Shown here piece by piece: positions 17,179 to 26,737 of a DNA stretch of 29,774 nucleotides. This stretch comes from a virus (Duplodnaviria; Caudoviricetes), in IMG/VR virus record IMGVR_UViG_3300047400_000313, positions 1 to 29,774 of that record. One strand, 5' to 3'. The first letter of the stretch is position 1. Every line of letters begins with the position of its first letter. The position numbers and the translations under genes were made by a program. The notes beneath the pieces are model-generated. The model had not been told where the DNA came from and did no database searches. It saw only the letters and a program-made list of their open reading frames with translations.

Positions 17179-17182
17179 ATAG

Positions 17183-17220
17183 AGCTATATAGCTTACAAT
17201 TTATTTAGTAAATACTAAAT
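17183..17220. promoter_or_regulatory. Two palindromes in leader of long-fibre gene
   Basis: AGCTATATAGCT (17183-17194, perfect 12-mer) and ATTTAGTA-AA-TACTAAAT (17203-17220). Confidence 0.45.
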
Positions 17221-17234
17221 CTCCATACAGACAT

Positions 17235-20200
17235 ATGTCTAACCAATTTCTCAAATTACGCCGTAGTAGCGTACCGGGTAAAATACCAACTACAGAATCA
17301 ATAGATTTTGGTGAAATTGCATTAAACACGTATGACGGTCTTGCTTTTATGAAAAAAAGCGGATCAAATGGAGAGGAAGTTATACCAATTGGATTAGGGG
17401 CATTAGATACAGGTTCTTTTGTAACTACATCATCATTCAATGCTTTTACAGCATCCTATAATACGGGATCTTTTCTAGGAAATTTAGAGGGTACATCGAG
17501 CTGGGCTATAAGTTCTTCTTATGCCATAACTGCATCTTATGCATTGAATGTACCTACAATAGATTTAACTGGCTATACAACGACAGCATCCTTCAACGCA
17601 TTTACTGCTTCATACAATACAGGCTCATTCACTGGATCATTTGTAGGTAACTTAATAGGTACAGCAAGTTGGGCAAGCAATGCAGTAGCATCAGACACAG
17701 CATCCTACGTTAATCCACTCAATCAAGTATTGATTAACACAGGATCGGTAATACTATACGGCAATCAATCAGCGATTGGAGGAAATAGAAATACACTATA
17801 TTTACGAAATAGAAATACAGCAGGCAATCAATCGAACATGATTGTACTTGGTAGCAACACAACGCCAGCTGTTTGGTCAATATTAAATGATATAAATGCA
17901 GATGGCACAGCAATCAATCAGTTAGATTTTTATAATACAGCTTTAGGATACTCACCGCTAATTTTAAAATCGGACGGAGTAGTTAATATCACAACTACCG
18001 TACAAGCAAATAAGTATGTTTTTACAGACGGCGTAATAAACACGAATCAAAGCGGACAAAAAATGCTTGCAGTAGGTGGAGATGTACTATTCCTATATAC
18101 TGGTTTGAATGGGCTAAACATAAATAATCAGAATAATAGTGCTATTAACGTTGCAATAGGTGACAGCGGTACAGTGCAGACTCGTGGAACTCTAACCGTT
18201 GGTGCACCAGGCAACGATCAGAGCATGTACTTTGGTGGTACAAATGCTGGGTTATATTGGGCGAGCAGTGGGGCATCGATTGTATATAGTGTTGGGGTAT
18301 TAAATTTTAGTTCTGTAGGGTCATCTAATAATATGGTTTTACAAAACGGTGGTGGTGCTTTATTTAATTATGGTATCACAGGGTCATTATTAGGAACTGC
18401 AAGCTATTCTCAAAACGCTACTACAGCTTCTTACGCACCAGGATATTTACCGCTAACAGGGGGTACTATAAACGGAGATGTGATTGTAAACGGCACAGCA
18501 TCTGTAGCTTTCCTAAATGTAACATACGAATCTGCTTCAGTAATCTACTCAAGCGGATCAAACATATTTGGTAATAGTGTAACCAATACACAAACGCTGA
18601 TAGGTACAGTTGTTATATCTGGTAGTCAGCAAATAACTGGTTCGTTAAATGCACCTAGTATAACAGGTAGTTTGTACGGTACTGCAAGTTGGGCTCAAAA
18701 TGCTATAACAGCATCCTATATTACATCATCAGCAATAACCGGAACAGTCACATCTGCTTCGTATGCTATGTCAAGCAGCAATGCAATAAGTAGTTCTTAT
18801 TCAGTAAGTTCATCATATGCATTGAGCAGTAGTTATAGCTTATCTAGTTCATACGCATTAAGTTCATCTCAAGCTACCTCTGCTAGCTATGCATTAAGCT
18901 CATCATATGCTACTAGCGCATCATATTCACTATCATCTAGCTATGCTTTAAGTGCCTCATACACACTAAGTAGCTCATACGCAGTTTCTGCATCTAGAGC
19001 CGTAAATGCAAATAATGCCAGCCTTGCCGGTTTAGTACTAACACAGAACTCAAATACTAATCAAGATTACAGTGTAGTATTCGCTCCATCTGGAGCAAAT
19101 GGGTATCTACAGACTTATACGGACGGTGGAAGTAATTTATTATACAATCCAAGTACAGATAGATTAACTGTACCAAACCTAACAGCAACATCAATAACTG
19201 GCTCATTACAAGGAACTGCGTCATATGCAACAATATCGACCAATATACAAGGAGGCACAACAAATTATATTCCGTTATGGTCAGGAGCTACTACATTAAC
19301 AAGTAGTATGCTTTATCAGACAGGAAGTATATTATCAACTAAATATCAAGATCCATCTAATTTTGATTATAATACTCCACTTTTAATTGATGGAAATACT
19401 CAACAAACACTACTTTCAACATTAGGCTTTTATAGCAGTTCATTTTTATATGCACTTCCCACCTCAATAGCCTTAGCAGCTAGATTAGATAATAGTGGCA
19501 CAGGACAACAAACTGCTAATATAACTGCTACAGGAAATGATGGATTTGGTGTTGGAAAAGTAGAAATAACTACAAACGGTACAGCATCAATTAGCAGCCA
19601 AGTAGCAACAATTAATGGTGGAGATAAAGTAAATCTATTAACAGGAAATAATACTTATTTCACATTGGATAATGCTAGTGGAGGAACAGTAACAATAGGT
19701 GATGTTAATGATGGAGTAAATGGAACTAAATTAATAGTTGATGATGGTAATAGTATTATAAAAACAAAATATTATTTTGGTGGTAGTAGTCAAGATGCTG
19801 GTTTATATTTAGATTTTGCGGGTAACCAATACACACTAATAGACTCACTAAATGGTGGAGGATTTTCATTAAATAGTGGTGATATTTACATATCCAATGC
19901 AGGTAATCAATATATCAATTTAGAAGGAGGATCAATACACGTAAGAGCTGATAGTTTATATTTAGATAATCTACCAACCTTACCACAATCAAATGTAGTA
20001 ACAATTGATACAGCAACTGGTAAACTCTATTACACAGCGTCATCAGCATTTGGTGGAGGTGGAGCTGGATTTCCATTCTCAGGCAGTGCTGTAATAACCG
20101 GTAGCCTATTAGTTAGCGGTAGTGGGGTAACAGTAACGGGTTCATTAAATGCTAATAGCATAACAGGGAGTTTATTTGGTACAGCTAGTTGGGCAATAAG

Positions 20201-23141
20201 TGCTTCACAAGCAGTAAGTTCATCATACGCTTTAACAGCATCATATGTTAATACACTTAATCAAGGTGTAGTAGTATCAGGGGCAATACGGCTAGATCCA
20301 ACAACCGATCCAAGCTCATTAGGTAATACCTTTATATCATCATCCTTCTTATTCCAAAGCTCATCAAACACATCACTAGGATACGATCTGTATATTAGAC
20401 AAGATGGTAATTTGGTTAAGTGGAAGTGGGTAGAAGGAGCACTGCAGACTGGATTATTATATGGTGGAGCCTTATCTTATAGCAGCACAACAGCATCCAT
20501 ATCATCAGGCTCAGGTATAATAGTAAACTACAACGCTAGCACTGGATCAGAAATAAGTCCTATAATACAATACGTTACATGGCCATCTCAATCTATAAAG
20601 TTAGGTGGTAGAGTAACATCATCACAAGCTACATACATTTATATTGATAGTAATGGTGTAGCTCAATCTCAAGATGATACATTCTTCACCAACGATCAAT
20701 ATGCACAATCTATTCCATTAGGAATGGTTAACCATACCGGTAGAGATATTATCACCAGTGTTGCTAACAATGTTTATACAGCATATAATATAACCAATCA
20801 AGCATTTGATTTTATTGAAACCTTCGGTCCATTAAAAGTAACTGGTTTAACAGTTACAGGTCAAACAGGCACATTAAGATTAAATGTTGGTGCTGGTGAA
20901 TCATTTATATTAGGTGGATTTTATCAACAAGACCCACAAAATATATCTCATAAATCAACATCAGCATATAATACAGCATCAATAGCTCGTGTTTATAGAA
21001 GTGGTAGTACCTTCACAACAGATAATAATGGTGGATCATTTTACACAGTAGTAGATCCTACTAAATACGATCAAAATGGTAATGGTACATTAAGTAATGT
21101 GGGTGGCGGTAGTTTTACAATTCAAAGAGTATTCTTTAATCCATTTACGGGTAGAGTACACGTTTATTACGGACAAAAAACCTACAACAACATAGCAGAC
21201 GCAAGAGCGAACTTAGCATCAGATCCATTTAACGAAGCAGTTTATACAGCACACCAATATGTGTTTGTAGCTTATTTGCTTGTAAATGGAGGTGCTACTG
21301 ATTTAACAAATACAAACGATTGTGTTATAGTACAATCAGGTATATTTAGAAATACAGCTGGATCTAGTGGTGCAACAACCTTTACTACTCGATTAACTGA
21401 CTTATCTGATGTATCAATTACATCGCCAACTACCAACCAAGCCCTAGTATATAGTGGTGGTACTTGGATAAATGGAACACCGGTTAGTGCATCAAATGCG
21501 GTAAATGCTCAAACAGCATCGTACGTTTTAAATGCAATAAGCTCGTCATTTGCTACAACTGCATCTACGGCTGACAACTTTACTGTAAGAGGTAACTTGA
21601 TAGTTTCAGGCAACGTAACTATGGGGGATGCTACAACAGACTCTATTACCCTAAACGCAGCGACAATGAGTTTGGGAAGTGGTACTGGTATCTTAAATAT
21701 TGATAGCAACACGTTATATGTTGATGGAGCTAATAATTTGGTTGGAATAGGTAAAATACCAGCTAACAACATAACTCTCGATGTAAATGGTACGTTTAGA
21801 GCTAGCTCAACAATGTATGGTTCATCCATTCTTATAAATACAATTTTACCAAATACAACTGATTTAAAGTTTGCATCTGGTTCAACTAGTAATACTGTAG
21901 TAGCTACAATGTTTACTAGCAGTGGTAATTTTGTTTTTCAATCCTCCCAAAGTGCAACTGATTTAGGATATAGGATAGCTATAAATGGACCAAGTGTATC
22001 AGGATCCTTGTATGTTTCTGGAACATCTGTGTTTAACGGTAATGTAGTAGCAACAGGCTCAGTTACAGCAACATCTTTTACAGGTTCACTACAAGGAACA
22101 GCTAGTTGGGCTAGTAATGCTCTTACAGCTTCATATGTAACAGCATCTGCTATAGTAGGTACAGTTACAAGTGCATCATATGCTTTAACATCATCATACG
22201 CAGCAAACGGAGGTGTAACTCAAATTGTAGCAGGTACAGGTATATCAATATCGCCTACAACCGGGATAGGAGCTGTAACAATTAACTCAACGTCAGCAGC
22301 AGGCGCAAATATAACAGCATCATTTTCAAATCAATCCACTTGGACATTTGTACACGGTTTAGGTAATAAAGGTGTTGTAGTTCAAACATACGATTCAAGC
22401 TGGAATCAAACAATACCGCAAAGCATAGTACTAACAGATGCTAATACAGCAACAATAACATTCCCAACAAATGAAAGTGGGTATGCTATCGCAACGCTAG
22501 GAGGTACAACATCACTTGTAAATGCCATATCAGCATCGTATGCTACAACTGCAAGTTACATATCAAACGCAGTATCAGCGTCTTACGCCACTACAGCAAG
22601 CTATGTGCTAAACGCAGTATCAGCTTCATATGCAACAACTGCAAGCTATCTTAATCCACTAAGTCAAGCTGTTACAATAAGTACTGGATCACTTACACTT
22701 ACTACTGGATCAATAACAATGCCAAATAGACCTGCATTTAGAGTGACTGGTAATGGAGGAGGTACGACAGCAATATCGTACTTATCAGGCAGTAAAACAA
22801 CAGTAGATTACAATCAAGGTAGCTACTATAATAATACAACAGGAGTCTTCACCGCACCAATCTCAGGACTATATCAAGTATGTGTTGTGTGTAGAACAAA
22901 TTCAAATAGCTTAGGAACAATATCACAGCTTATAGTATACAAAAATAACACAACAATATCACCAAGCCCTGATGGAACTCCTCAGGTAATGGTTGAATAT
23001 AACTCAAATACTAGTATGAATCATGCCGGTGGTAGTACTATTTCGTATTTAGCAGCTGGAGATACACTTAGAATGGTAGTAGCAGTTGGGCAGATTTCAT
23101 TTGACGGTAACGATAACTTTTCAGTAGCATACATAGGATAA
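17235..23141 (+). CDS. Long tail/neck fibre protein; Mtd_N-like N-terminus, C1q-like C-terminus
   Basis: 1968 aa, Ser/Thr/Gly/Ala-rich; N-term LKLRRS...P......GEIALNTYDG; repeated GSLxGTASW/YA and ASYA; C-term PAFRV...YNNTTGVFTAPISGLYQV...YLAAGDTL...NFSVAYIG (22731-23141). Confidence 0.8.
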   Translation: MSNQFLKLRRSSVPGKIPTTESIDFGEIALNTYDGLAFMKKSGSNGEEVIPIGLGALDTGSFVTTSSFNAFTASYNTGSFLGNLEGTSSWAISSSYAITASYALNVPTIDLTGYTTTASFNAFTASYNTGSFTGSFVGNLIGTASWASNAVASDTASYVNPLNQVLINTGSVILYGNQSAIGGNRNTLYLRNRNTAGNQSNMIVLGSNTTPAVWSILNDINADGTAINQLDFYNTALGYSPLILKSDGVVNITTTVQANKYVFTDGVINTNQSGQKMLAVGGDVLFLYTGLNGLNINNQNNSAINVAIGDSGTVQTRGTLTVGAPGNDQSMYFGGTNAGLYWASSGASIVYSVGVLNFSSVGSSNNMVLQNGGGALFNYGITGSLLGTASYSQNATTASYAPGYLPLTGGTINGDVIVNGTASVAFLNVTYESASVIYSSGSNIFGNSVTNTQTLIGTVVISGSQQITGSLNAPSITGSLYGTASWAQNAITASYITSSAITGTVTSASYAMSSSNAISSSYSVSSSYALSSSYSLSSSYALSSSQATSASYALSSSYATSASYSLSSSYALSASYTLSSSYAVSASRAVNANNASLAGLVLTQNSNTNQDYSVVFAPSGANGYLQTYTDGGSNLLYNPSTDRLTVPNLTATSITGSLQGTASYATISTNIQGGTTNYIPLWSGATTLTSSMLYQTGSILSTKYQDPSNFDYNTPLLIDGNTQQTLLSTLGFYSSSFLYALPTSIALAARLDNSGTGQQTANITATGNDGFGVGKVEITTNGTASISSQVATINGGDKVNLLTGNNTYFTLDNASGGTVTIGDVNDGVNGTKLIVDDGNSIIKTKYYFGGSSQDAGLYLDFAGNQYTLIDSLNGGGFSLNSGDIYISNAGNQYINLEGGSIHVRADSLYLDNLPTLPQSNVVTIDTATGKLYYTASSAFGGGGAGFPFSGSAVITGSLLVSGSGVTVTGSLNANSITGSLFGTASWAISASQAVSSSYALTASYVNTLNQGVVVSGAIRLDPTTDPSSLGNTFISSSFLFQSSSNTSLGYDLYIRQDGNLVKWKWVEGALQTGLLYGGALSYSSTTASISSGSGIIVNYNASTGSEISPIIQYVTWPSQSIKLGGRVTSSQATYIYIDSNGVAQSQDDTFFTNDQYAQSIPLGMVNHTGRDIITSVANNVYTAYNITNQAFDFIETFGPLKVTGLTVTGQTGTLRLNVGAGESFILGGFYQQDPQNISHKSTSAYNTASIARVYRSGSTFTTDNNGGSFYTVVDPTKYDQNGNGTLSNVGGGSFTIQRVFFNPFTGRVHVYYGQKTYNNIADARANLASDPFNEAVYTAHQYVFVAYLLVNGGATDLTNTNDCVIVQSGIFRNTAGSSGATTFTTRLTDLSDVSITSPTTNQALVYSGGTWINGTPVSASNAVNAQTASYVLNAISSSFATTASTADNFTVRGNLIVSGNVTMGDATTDSITLNAATMSLGSGTGILNIDSNTLYVDGANNLVGIGKIPANNITLDVNGTFRASSTMYGSSILINTILPNTTDLKFASGSTSNTVVATMFTSSGNFVFQSSQSATDLGYRIAINGPSVSGSLYVSGTSVFNGNVVATGSVTATSFTGSLQGTASWASNALTASYVTASAIVGTVTSASYALTSSYAANGGVTQIVAGTGISISPTTGIGAVTINSTSAAGANITASFSNQSTWTFVHGLGNKGVVVQTYDSSWNQTIPQSIVLTDANTATITFPTNESGYAIATLGGTTSLVNAISASYATTASYISNAVSASYATTASYVLNAVSASYATTASYLNPLSQAVTISTGSLTLTTGSITMPNRPAFRVTGNGGGTTAISYLSGSKTTVDYNQGSYYNNTTGVFTAPISGLYQVCVVCRTNSNSLGTISQLIVYKNNTTISPSPDGTPQVMVEYNSNTSMNHAGGSTISYLAAGDTLRMVVAVGQISFDGNDNFSVAYIG
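18753..19001 (+). repeat. Hexapeptide (18-bp) degenerate tandem repeat, about 14 copies of S-(S/A)-S-Y-(A/S)-x
   Basis: SASYAM SSSNAI SSSYSV SSSYAL SSSYSL SSSYAL SSSQAT SASYAL SSSYAT SASYSL SSSYAL SASYTL SSSYAV SASRA; codons diverge. Confidence 0.9.
22521..22649 (+). repeat. 15-aa (45-bp) tandem repeat x3, NA(I/V)SASYATTASYxx
   Basis: Visible in translation and DNA (aacgcagtatcagc occurs twice). Confidence 0.9.
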
Positions 23142-23151
23142 AAATAAAAAG

Positions 23152-23367
23152 ATGAAAATATTTCAACCAACCATAACAGGATCATTTGTAGTAACGGGCT
23201 CAGCTACTGTAACTGGTTCATTAAATGTATCAGCAGGCATAACTGGGTCATTATTTGGTACTGCATCCTATGCTACAACAGCATCGTATGCGCTGACAGC
23301 AGGAAGTGGAGGTACTACATTGGGACAAGTTGTAGCAGTTAACACAGGTATTTCAAACTTATTTTAA
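23152..23367 (+). CDS. Mini-fibre/adaptor protein (71 aa)
   Basis: Consists almost entirely of the shaft motifs TGS and GSLFGTASYATTASYA found in the 1968-aa fibre. Confidence 0.65.
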   Translation: MKIFQPTITGSFVVTGSATVTGSLNVSAGITGSLFGTASYATTASYALTAGSGGTTLGQVVAVNTGISNLF

Positions 23368-23369
23368 AT

Positions 23370-23378
23370 ATATTTATA
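23370..23378 (+). promoter_or_regulatory. ATATTTAT(W) motif, putative late promoter
   Basis: Intergenic copy, 17 nt before ATG 23395. Confidence 0.6.
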
Positions 23379-23394
23379 TACAAAACAATAAACA

Positions 23395-23823
23395 ATGGCA
23401 GTTAATACATCACCAATTTATTCAGGAGCAGGACAGATAGGATTTACAACAATCTTAACATCAGCTAATACAACCTATGATTGTACAACAGGTACAACAG
23501 CATCATTATTTACAGCAGGTGCCTCAGGTAGCTTTGTACAAAGAGTTAGATTTAAAGCATCTGGTTCTGCAACAGCAACAGTAGCTCGTGTGTTTATTAA
23601 TAATGGAGGTAGTACTACTGGGTCTGCTAACAACGTATTATTTGATGAAATAACATTAGCAGCAACAACAGCAACTCAAACAGCTGCAACTACAACTTAT
23701 GAACTACCTATGAATATAGCTTTACCTGCAGGTTATCAACTCTTAGTTACACTAGGTACAGTACAGGCAGCAGGTGGTGGATGGTACGCATCAGCAATAG
23801 GTGGTTCTTATATTCCTCAATAA
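23395..23823 (+). CDS. Hypothetical beta-sandwich fibre-tip/adaptor protein
   Basis: 142 aa, Thr/Ala/Gly-rich, precedes glycine-rich genes. Confidence 0.6.
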   Translation: MAVNTSPIYSGAGQIGFTTILTSANTTYDCTTGTTASLFTAGASGSFVQRVRFKASGSATATVARVFINNGGSTTGSANNVLFDEITLAATTATQTAATTTYELPMNIALPAGYQLLVTLGTVQAAGGGWYASAIGGSYIPQ

Positions 23824-23838
23824 TAAAATAAGTTAACT

Positions 23839-24027
23839 ATGAGATATATGTTAATAAAAGACGATTTAAACCCAGAAAGTACAATAAAATATTACGCAAT
23901 TTATAAAGATGAAATAAACGAACTTATAGGAATGGTAGATGAAAATTGCAATCCAATAACACTATCATCATGTTCTATGGTCGATGGAAATCCACCACTA
24001 CCTCCATGTGCTCAACAACAACCTTAA
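23839..24027 (+). CDS. Small hypothetical protein
   Basis: 62-aa ORF filling the gap; three Cys, Pro-rich end. Confidence 0.6.
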   Translation: MRYMLIKDDLNPESTIKYYAIYKDEINELIGMVDENCNPITLSSCSMVDGNPPLPPCAQQQP

Positions 24028-24041
24028 AAGTGTAGAAAGTT

Positions 24042-24944
24042 ATGTTAGATATTTCGTTTATACCAAATACAAAACAAGATACTCGTATATTTTACGCTGC
24101 TGGATCATCAGCATCAACAGCAACTTGGCAAACATGGATAAAACCACGTGGTGCTAAATTTATACAAATATTTTGCTTAGGAGGTGGATCACCAGGAGCA
24201 GGAGGAGGTGCTAATGTTGCTGCAACAGGTGGTAATGGAGGGGGTGGTGGTGGCAATTCTGGATATTTCAGAGGCTATTACCCAGCATTTTTACTACCAG
24301 ATATTTTATACGTATTTGTAGGAGTAGGTGGACCAGGAGGGATAGGATCATCTACAGCAGGAAACGGAGCAGCAGGCACACAAGGAGGATTAAGCTATGT
24401 AGCAATATCACCTTCAACTAATGCAATAGGAGTAATCGCTCAATCAGGAAACACTAACCCAGCTGTAGGTAACCCTACCGGAGCTGCTACAGTAGCTCAA
24501 ACAGCTTGGGCTACAACATCAAGTCCATTCACATTATTAGGAATATTCAATATTATAGCAGGAATAGCAGGAGCTGCTCAAAATACAGGAACATCAGCAT
24601 TAGCAACAATGTTAACAACTCCAGGATGCGGTGGTGGTAGTAAACCTGCAAATTCACAAACTGCAGGAGGAACTGTTGTATCCGCTAGTGCAATTTTATT
24701 AACACAGTTAGATGGTGGAGCAGTAGGAGGTGGAGCAGGAAAAGATGGATATGGTAGTATGGCACCTCTTTGTGGAACCGGAGGTAGTGGAGGAGGAGGA
24801 AATTTAACAGGCAATGGAGGTAAAGGAGGAGATGGATGGTATGGATGTGGTGGTGCTGGAGGAGGATGTGGTTTACAAGGTGGTAGAGGAGGTAATGGAG
24901 GTAGAGGAGGAGATGGTTTAGTAATAATAACAACAATATTCTAA
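24042..24944 (+). CDS. Glycine-rich adhesin-like protein, paralog 1
   Basis: MLD start, WQTWIKPRGAKFIQIFCLGGG, LPDILYV, C-term GGRGGDGLVIITTIF. Confidence 0.75.
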   Translation: MLDISFIPNTKQDTRIFYAAGSSASTATWQTWIKPRGAKFIQIFCLGGGSPGAGGGANVAATGGNGGGGGGNSGYFRGYYPAFLLPDILYVFVGVGGPGGIGSSTAGNGAAGTQGGLSYVAISPSTNAIGVIAQSGNTNPAVGNPTGAATVAQTAWATTSSPFTLLGIFNIIAGIAGAAQNTGTSALATMLTTPGCGGGSKPANSQTAGGTVVSASAILLTQLDGGAVGGGAGKDGYGSMAPLCGTGGSGGGGNLTGNGGKGGDGWYGCGGAGGGCGLQGGRGGNGGRGGDGLVIITTIF

Positions 24945-24946
24945 CT

Positions 24947-25813
24947 ATGTTAGACTTAAGATATTTTCAAAATCAAAATAGCAACGTACAAGTATTTACT
25001 ACGGGTGGTACATGGGTAACTTGGCAAAAACCACGTGGTGCTAAATTTGTAAATATATTCTGTCTTGGAGGAGGTGCTGGTGGTGGTGGAGGATTTTTAA
25101 CAGGATCTGGTACAAAAGGAGCTGGTGGTGGAGGTGGTACTGGTGCTTTAGCTAGAGCAAATTTTCAAGCCTCTATATTACCTGATATTTTATACGTACA
25201 GTGTGGACCTGGTGGAGCTGGAGGAATAGGAGGTAATCCTGCTACAGCTGGAGGAGCTGGATCAAGATCATTTGTTACAGTATACCCAGATTCTACAAAT
25301 GCATCAAACATATTTGTGGCGTCAGGAAATGTAACAGCAAGTGGAGGAGGAGCAGGAACAGGAGCTGCAGGAGGAGGTGCTGGCATAGGTGAAACAGTAG
25401 CAACTATTGCTAATATGACATTAGCTAACTTAGGATCATTTACATTAGTAGGAGGATTAAGTGGAAACCAAGGAGGTACAGCGGGAGGTGTCGGATCACC
25501 AACTGTAACAAATATTTTTTGTTCTGGAGTTGGAGGTGGAGGAACTTCAGGAGGAAGTAGTATAACGGGAGCAGGACCTTTTCCTTCTTTAGCTGGAGGT
25601 GGAACAAATGGTAATGGAAAAGATGGAATAATTCTATATAAACCTATACTAGGTTTTATGGGAGGTACTGGAGGAGGCGGTGGTACAACTGGAGGCAAAG
25701 GAGGAGATGCAGCTTATGGATGTGGTGGTGGAGGTGGTGGTGCAGGTACAACATCAGCAGGTAATGGCGGAAGAGGTGGCGACGGAATAATAATCATAAC
25801 AACAAGTTTTTAA
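24947..25813 (+). CDS. Glycine-rich adhesin-like protein, paralog 2
   Basis: MLD start, WVTWQKPRGAKFVNIFCLGGG, LPDILYV, C-term GGRGGDGIIIITTSF. Confidence 0.75.
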   Translation: MLDLRYFQNQNSNVQVFTTGGTWVTWQKPRGAKFVNIFCLGGGAGGGGGFLTGSGTKGAGGGGGTGALARANFQASILPDILYVQCGPGGAGGIGGNPATAGGAGSRSFVTVYPDSTNASNIFVASGNVTASGGGAGTGAAGGGAGIGETVATIANMTLANLGSFTLVGGLSGNQGGTAGGVGSPTVTNIFCSGVGGGGTSGGSSITGAGPFPSLAGGGTNGNGKDGIILYKPILGFMGGTGGGGGTTGGKGGDAAYGCGGGGGGAGTTSAGNGGRGGDGIIIITTSF

Positions 25814-25817
25814 TAAT

Positions 25818-26684
25818 ATGCTAGATATATCACATATACCAGGTCAATCAGATAACGTATGGACATTCTATGCTAATGGTACAACAGCTTGGCAAACATG
25901 GCAAAAACCAAGAAAATGTAATTTTATTTGGATGATGTGTATTGGTGGAGGAGCTGGTGGTAGTGGAGGACAAAGTGGAACTGGTGGAGCTTCATCATAT
26001 GTAGGCGGTGGAGGAGGTACAAGTGGAGCAGTAACAAGAGCTTTATTTCCTGCTAACGTTCTACCTGATATTTTATATATTCAACCAGGACCCGGAGGAG
26101 CAGGAGGAGCAGCAGGCGCGGGTCAGAGTAGTGGAGGTAATAGAAGTTTTGTATCTATAGTAGCGAGTTCAGCAACAGTTATGAATTTAGTATGCACTTC
26201 AGGAACAGCAGCTGCTGCAGGTACAGCAACTAATACAGGTGAAACAGCAGCAACTGCAACAGCCGCTGGATTATTAAGCTTAGGAACCTTTATATCAACA
26301 GCAGGTTTAGCATCTGCTGGAGCAGTTGATGTAACTCCACTAACTAGTACAATAACAAGTGTTGGATCAAATGGAGGAAATGCTAACTCATCGACAGGTG
26401 TAATAGCAAATGCTATACTAGCGACCACATTTAGCCCATTACTACAATCAGCAGCTGTTACAACAGGAACTGCTATAGCAGGACAAAGTTATATTTCATG
26501 GAAACCTTTCTTTTCAACTGGAGGTAGTGGAGGAGGATCATTTAATCAAAATGCTGGAAATGGAGGTAAAGGAGGAGATGGAGCATTTGGATCAGGTGGT
26601 GGAGGTGGAGGTGCTGCTTATAACGGAACAGGAGGTGTAGGTGGCAAAGGAGGAGACGGTCTTGTTATTATAGCAACTTTTTAA
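25818..26684 (+). CDS. Glycine-rich adhesin-like protein, paralog 3
   Basis: MLD start, WQTWQKPRKCNFIWMMCIGGG, LPDILYI, C-term GGKGGDGLVIIATF. Confidence 0.75.
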   Translation: MLDISHIPGQSDNVWTFYANGTTAWQTWQKPRKCNFIWMMCIGGGAGGSGGQSGTGGASSYVGGGGGTSGAVTRALFPANVLPDILYIQPGPGGAGGAAGAGQSSGGNRSFVSIVASSATVMNLVCTSGTAAAAGTATNTGETAATATAAGLLSLGTFISTAGLASAGAVDVTPLTSTITSVGSNGGNANSSTGVIANAILATTFSPLLQSAAVTTGTAIAGQSYISWKPFFSTGGSGGGSFNQNAGNGGKGGDGAFGSGGGGGGAAYNGTGGVGGKGGDGLVIIATF

Positions 26685-26712
26685 AAATAAAGTACTTTTT
26701 CTTTATTTCTAT

Positions 26713-26725
26713 ATATTTATAAATA
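26713..26725 (+). promoter_or_regulatory. ATATTTAT motif overlapping TATAAATA (palindrome TATTTATAAATA)
   Basis: ATATTTAT at 26713-26720; TATAAATA at 26718-26725; ATG at 26738. Confidence 0.6.
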
Positions 26726-26737
26726 AACACAAAAATT

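Noticed and set aside
18753-19001. Periodic DNA as CRISPR or non-coding repeat
   Set aside because: In-frame, degenerate at synonymous sites, no spacers; it is a protein repeat.
10782-21829. Other short minus-strand ORFs (10782, 11036, 15794, 17201, 19057, 21509)
   Set aside because: Overlap long plus-strand genes, no recognisable motifs.
24578-26428. Minus-strand Pro/His-rich ORFs (24578, 24685, 25165, 26123)
   Set aside because: Mirror of GGA/GGT glycine codons on the plus strand.
26685-26708. AAATAAAG/CTTTATTT inverted repeat after the third glycine-rich gene
   Set aside because: Almost all A-T pairs in AT-rich DNA; too weak to call a terminator.
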